Shown: positions 1 through 14,019 of the stretch, piece after piece | How the letters are laid out: each line of letters begins with the position of its first letter | How positions within the stretch are numbered: position 1 is the first letter of the stretch | NCBI RefSeq assembly: GCF_964355755.1 | Contig: NC_092671.1 | Location: forward strand, 7,998,001 to 8,062,000 | Direction of reading: 5' to 3' | Origin: Antedon mediterranea | Taxonomy: Eukaryota > Animalia > Echinodermata | DNA: 64,000 bases | Notes under the pieces: model-generated | What the model was told of the DNA's origin: nothing | Databases searched by the model: none | Seen by the model: only the letters and a program-made list of their open reading frames with translations | Translations under genes and position numbers: made by a program

Positions 1-3000
1 TTGAAATCATAGGTTACTTTGTGGTAGCCATGATTCATTTAACATTTATTTTAGAGTAATCGATTATCATTAGCGGTGTTAATTAGTTAATTGGTTTGTC
101 CTATAGTTTGACATAGATTTATTACTTAAGTAGTGTGTCCTAACATTCCAGTACATCATTTCAAAATTGTCTGTTATTTTATATACCTATACACATGACA
201 CCAAAATAGGATAATTTAATAACCATTCGCATATGCATTTCCATAATGTTTAATTGTAATTATAGACATTTATAATAGGCCTATTGCATAATACAATTCG
301 TGTAATTTTTCTGCGGTATCATACCGATAGGGTGTTACAGAAGTAATGATATAAAAAGATATGTTTTAATAAACTACAGTTTACAATTAAAATATACACT
401 ACTCCTGATTTAATTTTTGGAAAATCATATCAGTAGTTGACATTACATAAAGCCTAGGGGTCTAAAGTTGTTCTATACGTACGATGGATAGGATATATAG
501 CATCGGTGACATATTGATACTGGGATGTCAAGTGTTGGACAGATGGTCGCTTCGTCCTTGACGAAGACATCTCTCATTCACTCACAATTTTCATAGAAAC
601 AGATTGTGCACAAATAATACGTCTAAATAAATCGCTAGTTACATTGTTCCATGCTTTGTTTACTTCGACAGAATGTTGCAAAGTTAGCAAACAAACATGA
701 TATTAAGGATTTCAATTATTGTTTTCATTGTACGCGAGGTCTTGAAATGTTTATTTAATGTCTTTTTTTTCGCAGTTGAAGAGATGTTCACGTATGCGAA
801 TTACATCTTTGTAACACGTTTCGTGTGTTATAAGTGGATATGCTCTTTTCACAGTGTTAAACTATAGGTATTTACATTGTAGCTGAATGTTCAATTAGCG
901 TCTCGTTTATCACGTTTAATTTATAGTTTTAAATAATAATAGTCCCTATCTATACTACTGTATTGTATACTAAACATATTACTTAACTTACTGATTACCA
1001 CAACAATAATAATAATATGCCTTACTTAATATTTCAAAATTATCATTAAGCTGTTCTAAACAGGTCTATTTAAAATGTTTTGCAATAGCAGCAACACGAT
1101 AACATTTGTATTTTTTTGGTAAATTCAATTGAATGAAACTAAATAGTATTACTATTGAAATCATTCGGGGATTACCATGGATGGTACGCTTTGTAATCGT
1201 ATTAAAAAAATGAAACATGGTGTTAAAAAGGCATAGGCCTACATAGTTAGTATACATGTACCGTTCAAATTTGATTTTTGAAATGTTGGTCGTATAGCCT
1301 ACTCAAATATTGGGAAGACAATTTTGAGGTTGAAACCTATAAAACAATATCTTTAATATCCTCAGTAAAAATCTACTGATTGTTATTTATGTTTTAATCA
1401 CGCCACAGTCACGATAACCTAAGTGGGATTAGGATAGGAAAAACAGTGTTTATTTTACGATTCTTATTTTCGGTTACACATGCTAGAACAATTAACCTTA
1501 TTATCAAAGCTTTAATTAAATACTTTAACAATGGTTGTTTTATTTTGACCTGTTAAACTGATGACCCCTTTACCGTGTCACTTGTTTCTTATCGCAACTT
1601 AGGAAGTTTAAGGTTTGCTTATATTTATTTATACCATGGTGAAACTTCCCTTTCCTTTCCAACCAGGCCTAGCCCTAAGCCCGTGTTGTATTAGATTCTC
1701 AAGTTTGCATCCGGAATTTAAGTAGAGGTTCAACTTAGGACATTAAGAGCAAAGGTGTATTTCATTTTGACCAAAAAAAATAAAAAATCAGTTTAGAATA
1801 CATTAGATAACAGTTAAATATCTTGATTTTTAAAGATTTTTTTTTTCGTAAATAATCCCGTTTCTTATAGGCCTATTGTTCGATTATCTATTGCCTGATC
1901 TAAAAATAAAATCGAATTAAGTTTAACAAGAAGCTCCTAAGTAGAGGTTGTTATTTATAGATGCTGTCACTTAAAAACTTATTTGAAGAGGTAAGTTTGT
2001 GTTCAACAATGTTATAATTGCAATTTAATTTCTAAAATCTGCATGTTGTCACATGTAAACATATTTTCAAGTGGTTAATATGTTTTTCTTAATTTTTGTC
2101 TGGCGGTTTGTCCCGTGCAGTGATAAACCACCCAAATGTATGAGTGTCGAAAACAATGGTGGATTGGTTTTATTCAGAATTGATAACAAAAAAAATAGGC
2201 CTAATGTATGATAAAATAATACTAAATCGGAATTATATTTTTGCTTGCTTCGTTCCATTTATTTAATCTTTTGTCGTTTTTGCCATAGTAGTATGTTTAT
2301 GTAGATTTTTATGTTATTCAATTATATTATTTTGTTTTAGCTTAGGCCTAAGCCCTAAATTAACTGGTATGTCTTTTATATATCGATTTTTAGGCTTAGA
2401 GTTTAATATTATTTCTAAACATTTTCCAGTCGGATTTGTTGTCATTGTATGCTTAGTTTTTTTATGCATTATATTACGATAGCCTATACGTACCTATACC
2501 GTAGAAATTTAGTTTTGGGGTTTTTTTAGTTGAGAAACTGAAAAATGATAGGCCTATTAATAATAATTTCATAATCTCCTTATCACACTTCCTTAACAAA
2601 ATTAAGATGTCATGTTAAACGCAAGAAAAAAACTTTTGTTAATAATCCTATTAAAAAGTGGGTCATGATACGTATATATCAACATCACCTATATGCCTTT
2701 AAGCCTACTGAAGGAAAAAACTATCTCATTACACGCATTAATAAAGACGATATTATCAATCCGCATGAGACCGTAGACTGACTTAAGACCCGTGTCTCTA
2801 CGCCCGCTTGCGTTGCTTTTACTGACGAATACTAAATGCGAAATAAGTAAATATCGTTTGATTTATGTCCCTCTGAAACACTTCTTAAGACCTAACGACT
2901 AGCTAGCATCCCCAAACACATTAAGGGTCTTAATGTCCCATTACCGGCAACTGTGCGTATCACTAGATGGGAACTAAAATGAGATTTCGCTAAAGGTTAG

Positions 3001-6000
3001 GAATGGCCGTTTAAAACGCCAAGCGTGCTGTCGTTATAAGGTAGATTCGCGTAGATTTGTGTAAATGTACATTGTATGAGAAAAACCCAAAAGGCAAGAA
3101 GCTCCGGCTTCGTTAACACATTAAGATTTTAACACGAATTTTCAGATGTATCGGCAAGGGAAAGAGCAATGCCACCGCCCTTAGGCCACTAATAGTGTTA
3201 CTTCAATTAATTATATACTAAGTAACAGAAAATGGATATATATATATATTATATTTTTTTTTCTACTTCGATCGAACTTTGACAAAATTATCTTATTTTA
3301 AAAAGACAACCTTTGCTTATTCTTACTTTCAATAACGTATTTTAAACGGATTTTCCAATTTTTACTGACTGTTCTTTGTTGATTTTTCACACACACTAAC
3401 CTCTATTGTATTCTAAAAGTCACGAATTATTTATAAGTTTCCTAATTTTACTATATCTCTAAATAAAAGGCAGTTTTTATACTTTGTTCGTTATAGACCA
3501 TCTTTTGTTATAACGTGCATCCCTCAAATGGCATTAAAATGACGGGAATGATCATGAAGATTTTACACATACATAGTGTATTATGGTTTTTAGAGGTATC
3601 CATCAAATGCAGATATTGCCTGTAATAACTGGATGAATTGCTCATAAACATAGTTTTCAATTATTGTCCTTCATTTTATCCTAATAATTGTTGAAACGGC
3701 GTGTGCCGTATAGTTATTTTATAAATGGAGACGAACATGTACTTAAGATTATAATGATAGTCCTAGTGACAACTTGGGTAATAACTATACTGTGTAATGA
3801 GATAATATACCAGAAGTAGGAAATAACTATTGTAATATCTGCTAAACTTAACAATAAAATCTATTCTCTATCTGAATCACCCAATATCTAACATTATCAC
3901 TCCTTAGACGCGTAGATATTGTTTTTAAATAGCACTTAAATATAACCGATAATGGCGATTTAAACGGAATATATAGGCGTTTAATTGTGAGTTTTGTGCG
4001 CGTATTTTATGATCAGATTCGTATTATGTACCGACATTCCATGGTAAAGCATACGCAAAACAATCGTCATGATAGAATAATACACGGTATATGAGTTATT
4101 GTATGTAATAAAACATCATGACGGTATTATAGCAATGAGATCACATACAGCCACAGCCAGTTCGCATTTTAACAATGCTTGGGCAAATACTATTGCAACG
4201 AATGATTTATTGTAATTGCGCTGGTTAAAGCATTGTATTTTGTAATCTTATTACTATGCTCTCTGAGTTCTTATCATAAATATTCGATAATTCTTGATAT
4301 ACATATTTCCTTATAATCCCTGAAGCAATTTGATATCAATCAGACGAATATGTTTTATTGTAAATTGCTCCATAAACTTGTTCTTTCGTATAGTATTATG
4401 CTTTATTATTTTGTGTTATGTTTATCCGTTAACTTGACATTTAAATAGACCGTAATGCACAACTGTGCTTAAATGTACATAGTGTTTTATCGATAAAATA
4501 GTTACAATGCGATTAATCTATAATTCAGCATACAAAATATATGAAGTTAAAAATGTATCTAAACATTAATTCTTCCATTTATCCATTTTACGTGACTTTA
4601 TTCATTAGCTTTAGACCTCTATGTTTTACAGGTTAAATAACTGGTGGGACCGACCGAAGGAAATTAGCACATTAGTTACCGATAAAGATTATAAATATAA
4701 GTACAAAACTATAACGGCTTAGTTAAAGCTGTTTTTTTTTTATTCGTTAAACGATATTTAACATTGCAATATCGCTCATTACACACACATTAGTCGAGCG
4801 TTACGTTGTTGTAACGTTTCACGCGGTTTGTTGATATTGTGAATAAGATTGCATCCTGGGGGAGATACAACTTGTCACACTCTATTGACGACCAGCAAAA
4901 GTTTCGTCACTTAATTATGACTGTGACGAAATTCACACACTGGTCGCTTGCAAATCTGATACACGTTTACCTTTTCTTTTGAAAAAAAAAATAAAAAAAC
5001 TTGTACCGAATGTAAAACTGGTGTGAGTTAAATTCGAATGGTTAAGTGAGAATAATCGACGACGCATGGATATCCAAGAATCTTGCATTGTTTAAACAAA
5101 GTTGTAAAATAAAAGAAAACGGATTTATAATGACGCTTAAATTTAGACGCACAGAGCATTTAAAAGATTTTCGACCATCAGCAATAGCATTAATGCAATG
5201 TACGCTCGTTAATTCGGATGGAATGCCAAAGAAAGAGTTACTTAGAACATGGATATAATCTTTGTTTATGGTTTGCCACAATAAGAAAAGACGAGTATAA
5301 GGCCTAAGTTTACAATACTGCATTAAAATAGAGAGGAAATTATGTTTTGAGAAATAACGTAAACGTAACGTAAACATGAACGATCATTTAACGTGAACAT
5401 AACAATTTATGGATAATTTAAAAATAAATATAGGCCTAATAAATGATTGAATACAATATAAAAAACACATTACACATATGCCTAAGTTGTACGTGGGAAA
5501 ATGATCGTTTTAAATGTAAAAAAAAAAGAAAATTTGAGTTGATTTGTTTGTGTTTTACCAAAGGATTTTTATACACTTTGTTGTATTTATTGTCAGGTTA
5601 AACCCTAACTTTTAAAACATGAAGTAATTTATATCGAACCCATACACACGCAGTCTCAAATCCGCAACGCCATAACTCAACTTCTATGACTGATGATGTT
5701 AATTTTATCAGATCTATAACTCGTTAAATCTTTTAGTCGGTTAAACAAAGAAGAAGAAAAAAGTGACAGCACTGATAGGTTAAAACCTTCATTACAGTCA
5801 TTAGTCTTCTACAGGCATCGGTGTCTTCAGATTTTTTCTTCCTATTTTTAAGTGAGGCTGATCCATTCCACAGGGACAAATGTATGACAAAACGTGTTGT
5901 CACCGAACACAAAAATGCTAACAGATTGTGAGCTGTTCTTTAGCATTTAAGACAGGTTTTGAGTGTTGTCGTCCCTTGGTGCGAGCTTGGCTTAATTACA

Positions 6001-8269
6001 CCCGGTAAGACGCTTCCTATTGCTAAGTAACAACATTAACGACGACACGTCGCTCACACACGCGCACTTAAGGTGTAACAATAGCAAATTCAATATGACC
6101 AAAATAAGTTTTTTCCCTATTTTAACAATTTATACAATAGTTTTTTAAAATTTCGTTAAAACTAAACGGAAACAGAGAAACCGTCCAGTGATAACAGACA
6201 TTTTAACCGAGATTCGAACGCGAACTCGTCTGTTATCAAACTTGATTATTATAAATATATACAATGCTTTTAATTGAGCAACTTACTGGGTTTAATATTT
6301 ACTATATATTTTCCTTCAATATTTGGATTACGATACTTACAATTAATGTATATTTTCTGGAAATGTTATTCAGAAGAGCGCTCACTCCGATTGGTTACCG
6401 ATTATATAATTTGTACAATATAAGTGGTAAATTATTTGATACAGTATCGAATACTGTATCATGTGGGACGCCTGTAACAAAGACCTGAGCCATGATACAG
6501 GCCCACATGTAATCCATGTGACACTGTATTACCACGGAGGACATATATAGATATATATTTTCTCCATGGTATTACCAAATTTTCATAAGAATGATGGACA
6601 CACTGTATGTGGAGAATCATATTGCCTTGGGAGAAAAATGTACGTTATAGATCTATGAGGATAGTGGAGAGGTACGTTACGCGATACTCTACCATTTGTG
6701 TTGTAATACATGTTTAACATGGTATATGAGTTCGTACTCTAGAAAAAAAAACATGAATACATATTTTAAGTTATGGTGATTTCCGGTACCGTATACTAAA
6801 ATAATTTTAACGCGATAAACAGCGGTTACATGTCGCTTTTCTAATTGCATGTACAATACATAAATCTATATGCAAGTATACGTGTTGAGGAATCAATTAA
6901 TAAAGTATCACAGACTAGGAGGTGACCAATTTTAACGTTCTATTTTTCATTATGTAATAATTTGTACATTTTTCGGAAATGTAAAATACCGGGCTGTGAA
7001 CGGTTGGTGCTTTCGTATTTGTTGCATTAATTCATAAATAAACGACTTATGTAGACATTTTAAAACAACTGTGAGAAGGAAATTATTTGGCGAATGCATT
7101 TCAAATTTTAGTGCATTTCTGCATGAAAGTGTCAAGAGGTTAAATGTTGTTCTTTTAGACTAACAATTTTCGGGGTATAATATTTGGCACTATCTTCCTT
7201 CCTTCATCGTAAACATAATCATCTTTAATTTAATACAAAAAATAAATAAACTTTATACAGCTGAGTTACAGAATCTTTATTTTAATTTTAAATTACTAAT
7301 TATTATATTAAGGTACATTTCATTATAAATAAGGCGCAAACTTCAATGCGTGGTTGGCCACTGCAATTTACATGAAATTACTAGAGACAAGATACTACAT
7401 TGAAGAAGATAATTCCTTTCACTACAAGGTACTCTGGTCTATGTTTTTTTAAAGTCATTGTCAACAATTTAAACATTAATTTGAAACAATCTAATTATGC
7501 AGTTGCAACAATGAGATATTCAAAAATAATTTTAAAATAAATATTGTTTTTATTCTATTCATTTTTATTTTAACTCAACAACGAATGGACGTGAATTTTC
7601 TTAACGCACATGGACACACGCATACAAAAACCAAGACAATCGTCAACCAAAATGCTCACGGCTATATCATATGAAACAGGGAGAGGAAGACGCGTTGAAG
7701 AAGACCTGCTGTCTAGGACCTTATTCATAGAATCCGCCCAACGTTGACATAACTTACCGAAACACAATCAGATTATTAATAGAACACGTGGCGCATTAGG
7801 GTCGCGACCCTTCAAATATACAGTTGCCATTTCTATTGTAACAATTCGACCGTTTTATTTGTAAGGCATGAACAAATAATGTTTTTGTTTTACAATTATT
7901 ATGGAAAATATAGATGGACATTTTTAAAACGTAACTTGTTGATTTGTACCAGAAAACAGCAGTTTTATTTAATTTAAAGAAGCCCAGTGTGAGATTCTAG
8001 TTATTAATTAATAATAGGGTAATTTCTAAATATTTCTCCATTGTCGTTTGTAGTGAAATAAAAAACAAGTTAAAAAGTTGTGTTGTTTTTTAATTAGCGT
8101 AGGTCTAAACATGGGTTACGAAAAAAAAAGTAAAATGTTGTTAATTATGTGTTTAACATTTTAAAGAAACGAGTTCATTTAATTTTGCTGAGATTGGAAA
8201 ATTGAGTTTTGAAGTAGACAACATTTTGATTAGTGTTGTTTGCCGCTTAAAATCGTTCATCCGTCGAGC

Positions 8270-8432
8270 ATCCTGATTGGTCGGTGAATCTCACGCTCTA
8301 CCAAAGTGTAAGATATGGTTGATCGTTGTACAGTAATGCTTATTGTAGTCAAGTCGTGCTCTGGAAAAGGTATTTTCTACGTATGATTCCTGGACCGTCA
8401 ATTAATACTACTCTATAAGGGCAAAATATAAG
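8270..8432 (+). promoter_or_regulatory. Putative Hox7 proximal promoter/5' UTR with reverse CCAAT box
   Basis: TCCTGATTGGTC (NF-Y-type CCAAT box, reverse orientation) at ~8271-8282, about 150 bp upstream of the ATG. The TSS is not determinable from sequence. Confidence 0.45.
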
Positions 8433-8883
8433 ATGGGTTCTAGTTCGTATTTTGTGAATACACTGTTTTCGAAGTATCAACCAGGAGATGCATTTTATCC
8501 TAGTGGTTATGAATTACCTGCTTGTGCGTTCAACAAAAGACAAAAATCGTACGGTACTCCCGCCACAGGGGTCACCTCTGCTACAGGGACAGTAACAACA
8601 CCTCAACAACAGTCTGGTCTCTACGGTGCACCTACCACATTCCCAAGCACTTACGATCCAACAGGACAGGGTGCATATGCCTCGCTGAATCAGAACATTC
8701 CCACCTCGGCTCCATGGGACAGTCGACTACAGGGCTACGGAGCAGCTACTTGGGGTGGTCCTGGTGATTTGGATAGTTTCAAGGATCACAACGCCCTATG
8801 TTCAGTAGCTACAGATGCAAACGTGTGTCCGTCGGTCGTAGCAGCCCCCGCAAATTCCGCATATCCCTGGATGAACGTAACTG
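8433..8883 (+). CDS. Hox7: Hox7 coding exon 1 (N-terminal SSYF motif and YPWM hexapeptide)
   Basis: ATG at 8433 gives MGSSSYFVNTLFSKY, the typical Hox6-8 N-terminal motif. AYPWM lies near the end, followed by donor ACTG|gtaagc (GT at 8884), phase 1. It joins in frame to exon 2 (451+320 nt = 256 aa + stop). Confidence 0.95.
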
Positions 8884-11800
8884 GTAAGCAAAAACTATAA
8901 TACATATTTATTTTTTTTATAATTCAACCAAAATAACATCAAGTTATTTATCTTGAAAAAAATCTCATAAAGTCGTGTTTAAACTGCTGTACGAGTGATG
9001 AGGGATTTAACACGTCGGCTCTACACTGAATTACTCCATTAACCTTTCCCGTAACTACAGATACAAAATAGGCCGTAACCTATAGCAGTAAAATAAATCT
9101 TGTACTATGTATTAGTTGTATGTAGTTTTAACCAAGCAATTTCGCTGTCTGAAGAGGCAGTTTGTTATGGGGCTTTCGCTTTATGTGATTTCTCGTTTCA
9201 TTGTGATGGGCTATGTATTGTCGTAAATGTCCATTACCAAGATAATAATCGTAAATGCTATTGCAGCGAGGTCTGACCCCTTATATCACAGTAGTGTTAA
9301 CAGCCTCTTTTTCTACATCAATTACCTAATTATGACTGGATAATTTATAAGTAATCACACTCAATTTAATTCCATTTTAACTTCCTATTAAGTATTTCTA
9401 CTGGGTGAAATAAATATACACTGCTCTCGTTAAGAATGTAATTAAATAATTAATACAGGCCGTTATAATACTCAATAGACGCTATATATTTCAACGTTAA
9501 CGAGACGATGTCTAAATAGACTTTTCCAATTGTTTAAACTACAAGACTGTTGTGATTTAAATGTTTAACGAATATTAGTTTTATTGTTTTCTTTTTTATA
9601 TTACTTTTGTTGATTTTATAATTTCTGGAATGTATTAATGTCATACATACTACCGTACTGTATATCCTATTTTTTTAAATTATTTATTATTGTATTTATT
9701 ACCGTATCGATATTTTTATATTTACTGCTGTATTAAGACTTCACTTTACTATAGTAGCAAACGATAGACAATTATTTTCTTGATGTAGGCCTACATCTGT
9801 ATGCAATTTAGCGGTTAGGTGGTTCTTTTGTACAACTGTACCGTTTTATATTGAAACTATTACGGTATTACTATTATTATAGTTTTTCAGTATCACAATA
9901 TCAAATCTATGTATATGCATTATAATCAAATACCCTTGATATACTTATTAATAAAGATTTAAATTCACACTTGTCGACATAACGATAGCCTATAATTGGG
10001 GCTATTGTAATCAATAGGGCATTATTGATTTGTAATACTTAACATTAATTCGTTTTTTATTCAATTTGTATTATTTATGGAAACGAATCAAAGTTAATTG
10101 AGGGTATAAAATGTTCCAAATGAGAGTAATTCTTATTAAAATTTGTTATTCGTACTATTAGTTGTAATATATACTAATATTATAACTTGGTTATAACTTG
10201 GCTACTCTACTCAAGATACGAGGCCTGTTCGAGTGAACTAAATAATATTTCCTTAATTTGCTTGTTGATCCATTGTTCAGTATTATCAAGGATTAACATG
10301 ATATTTCCCCTGGCGTGTTAAATCAAGATCTTCTCTTGTCAATCAAAGCATGTGTCCAGTGTTTATATTTTTTAAGAAAATACGTACACGCTATTCGGAA
10401 ATAAAGCATACTAACCGCATGTTGTGTTTAGGAAAAATACTTAAGCAACATCCTAGCAAATGTTGAGTGAAAATGTATGCTTTCTTACTGAAGTACTTTG
10501 TTTTAAAACATGTTGAATATAGGATAGGTTATATTAATATTATGATTGCTAAGCGTGGACAAGCAAAATATTTCCTGGTCTAGGTGTAGATTACGGTTTA
10601 AGGACCTCCGAATCGAGGAAATACTTGGTGTGTTGTGGTGGGACTAATGCCCTATGCACACCGTAACAATTGTCTACAACATGAATCAATTAACCGTTTT
10701 GAATCGATCATTATGCTAATCGATATCAACACATTAATATCCACCAGGTTATTTAATAAATAATTCAACTGACCACCGTGGTGTTAAAGGGTTGTCCAAC
10801 TGGTCAAGGTGGTGTGAAGTGTTGAATGTCCAGTCTAACTGACGACTGTTTTCATTTAAATAATAGTAATCATTATCATTTAAGAGCTTATATATTATGT
10901 CATCATACTTATGTAAAAAATATGCTGTACAACGATAATTCCAAATAACCTCCATGATGAATTAGGAATGATAGAATATGTCGCAGCAAAAACAAAGGTA
11001 AACTCACATGCAACAAACGTAATTGTCCCCAGCCCCACAAACACCCTCCCCACCCCTCGCCCAATAGTCACCTCTCATTACCCTTAACCCATCCCTACTG
11101 CAACGTATTTGTCTTGTGCTATTACATTTTTTGTAGTGTACTGTAAATATAGAGATAATGCCTTTTGTTAAATTATCTATTCTTATTAGTTAGTATGAAT
11201 AATTTAGAATAAATTATTTCAATTTTGACCCCCTAAAAAATAAATTGTTAAAATAAAATTCATTTTAAATATTTTCTATATATGTACTAATATCTATTAT
11301 AACTTAAAAACCATTAATTTGTCTTTAGATTTTTAAAGATAAACTCAAACACGCTTTGATTATTTACTCAAAACTACATTTTTTAAGATAATGCCCTTTC
11401 GTAAATCAGGGCAGTATCATTTTGCTGAATACCGTACAGATATTTCCATATATATATTTTTTTTCCCCAAAAGAACCAGTAACGTTTTCATATAGACTTC
11501 AATTTCTGGTGTTTATATTTGTTCATTTCAGTATTATTACGAAAATGTCAAACACGAACCGACCTAATGTATAACAAAGGAGATGTTTTTTTTTTCAACT
11601 GTGAACTAGTATATTGTATACTTATTCCTAACAATAAATGCCTTCTCATAAGTTGACCTTTTTTGTTTTTATATATAAAATGCTTGATTAAAACAAATTA
11701 ACCCAGCATCTATTCGTTCTTATTGTTGTGATTATAAAAGAAATAAGAATGGAAAATGTGCAGGCCTACTGACGAATAAAAGTATGCAACGGGCAAACGA

Positions 11801-12111
11801 GTCCTCTAGTATAGGCCTATGCATACCGGAACACAGGCTCCTATCATTCTAAATGGCATCATCAAGGAGCTTTAATATTATGTAATCGTAGTAATCACTA
11901 GTAATCACTAAAATAATGTGTTAAGATATAATCATTTACCGGTACCAAATATGGAAATGTAAGCTATCTTTACAAGAGAAAATTAAATGTAATAGTCTGT
12001 TCATGTTCCTAAACTAATGTTATTTCTGTTTCGATTATGTTTTATTGGTAATTCATCAGTGATATTTGTGTTTAATTTGCTATTTTCGTGACAAGTATAA
12101 CTGTAAATACA

Positions 12112-12200
12112 TGGCCTAGAGTATAAAAAGTTCAAACCATCGGGTAGGTCCATTACAGTTATGCTATCCTTGAGCAAGGTACTTCATTCCTACCTACTGT
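12112..12200 (+). mobile_element. Degenerate tRNA-derived SINE remnant
   Basis: A-box-like TGGCCTAGAG, B-box-like AGTTCAAACC, and TATCCTTGAGCAAGGTACTT, which resembles the conserved TCCTTGAGCAAG(G/A)CACTT core of V/Meta-domain SINEs. Confidence 0.45.
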
Positions 12201-12728
12201 TTTATGACCATCACTATAGTGACAAATTACAACCAACAAGAGAATCTACATTCCGGAAGATAAACATAATGAACATCATTTTTTTAAAGTTGTCATTACC
12301 TTACACAAAAGTCTTCTAAAGTAGAAACACCGATAACTTAATGTATAAAAAATCCCACTAAATAATAAAAGAGAAAAAAAACAGTTTCCAAAAATGTCTG
12401 TTTAAGATATCAAAATAAAACAATTCGGCTGGAATTTAGTTTGTTTATTTTGTTGAATCATGTTCATTTAATTGAAGTTCAATTTCAATTAAAGTTAATA
12501 TTAAGTGAAACACCATCGCAACGGACATGGTTTTTATCTAAAAACATAAACATTCCAAAGAAAGTGAATGAACATCCCGATCCCAAAATATAGAACAACA
12601 GTACGGGAACATTTCATTGTATTTCTATAGATTTAATGTTCAGAAACAATCGAAATCAGATTCAGGGGCTTAATTGTTCATACGCATACAGGTAGTGCAT
12701 TTCGTTATTAAAATTAAATCGGTTGCCA

Positions 12729-12972
12729 TACTTTATTCGGTAACATACTTATTCGGTGCCGTACTTATTCGGTTTGAGGGGCCCTCAAAATCAGCTTTCG
12801 CTGGCTGGGTCACCCTCATGAATAAATAAATAATACTTACTCATTCAGTGCCGTACTTATTCGGTAGACTTACTTATTCGGTAGTCGTATTTATTCGGTA
12901 ACCTTACTTATTCGATAACCTTACTTATTCGGTAGCATTACTTATTCGTTATCCGTATACTTATTCGGTGTC
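12729..12972. repeat. Minisatellite, ~11 units of 15-19 bp, core TACTTATTCGGT, in the Hox7 intron
   Basis: Directly visible units such as tacttattcggtgccg, tacttattcggtagact and tacttattcgataacct, interrupted by a ~59-bp insert at 12775-12833. Confidence 0.9.
12775..12833 (+). mobile_element. Probable 3' end of a 5'-truncated LINE/SINE (stem-loop plus AAAT tail)
   Basis: TGAGGG..CCC..CAGC-tttc-GCTG..GGG..CCCTCA nested stem-loop followed by GAATAAATAAATAA. Confidence 0.55.
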
Positions 12973-13683
12973 CTAGGCCTACATATATATTAATTGCAGT
13001 ACCTGTTAGCCCTTATACTATTCCATCCTGAAGATCTTATCTTAATGTAAATTCAGGTTATTCATGATTCGTCGTTACTATATGTCATAAACTTTAATAG
13101 CTGCTAATATTTTCACATCACATGGGCAATAAAATATTATTTGAATACACATTCAGTTGAAGTATTTGTTGCAATTTTCAACTATTGCCTATAATTCATT
13201 GACTATTGTTTTATAATGTTCGATTCTATGTGACTTAATGACACTTTATTTATCTAGTCAATTGCAATATGATTATATAGTAATAAACTAACATAATATT
13301 AGTATGATAATGTAAAGATTAATTAAATCATCGTACAGTTTGTATTTATGATTGTCCATGCTTATGATTTATAGTTCTTAATTCCTAATTGTGTTATTTA
13401 AATCTTCTTTTTAAATACTTAATTAGTTAATATTGATAATATTATGAGACATTACGTTACATTAATATTGATTTTCTTCTATCGATGTCTTAAGACATTC
13501 TATGTAGACTATATTATTTGTATTCTTTTGTTTTTATTAAATAAATCTCTTTTTACAAGATACAATGTTTGGGACGAAGTGTGTTTACATTATTTCCTAA
13601 CTACTGTTTTTATCTATGGAGCCAGACTTCCATGTTTGAATTTATACCGCATATTTTAGCGAAGTTTGTTAACACGTTTTTAA

Positions 13684-14019
<336 letters not shown>

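Noticed and set aside
8522-8767. 81-aa alternative-frame ORF within Hox7 exon 1
   Set aside because: TTG start and out-of-frame overlap with a clear Hox exon; expected by chance in GC-richer coding DNA.
12729-12972. CRISPR-like appearance (constant core plus variable spacers)
   Set aside because: Eukaryotic intron, core only 12 nt, spacers only 3-7 nt and no cas genes; it is a minisatellite.
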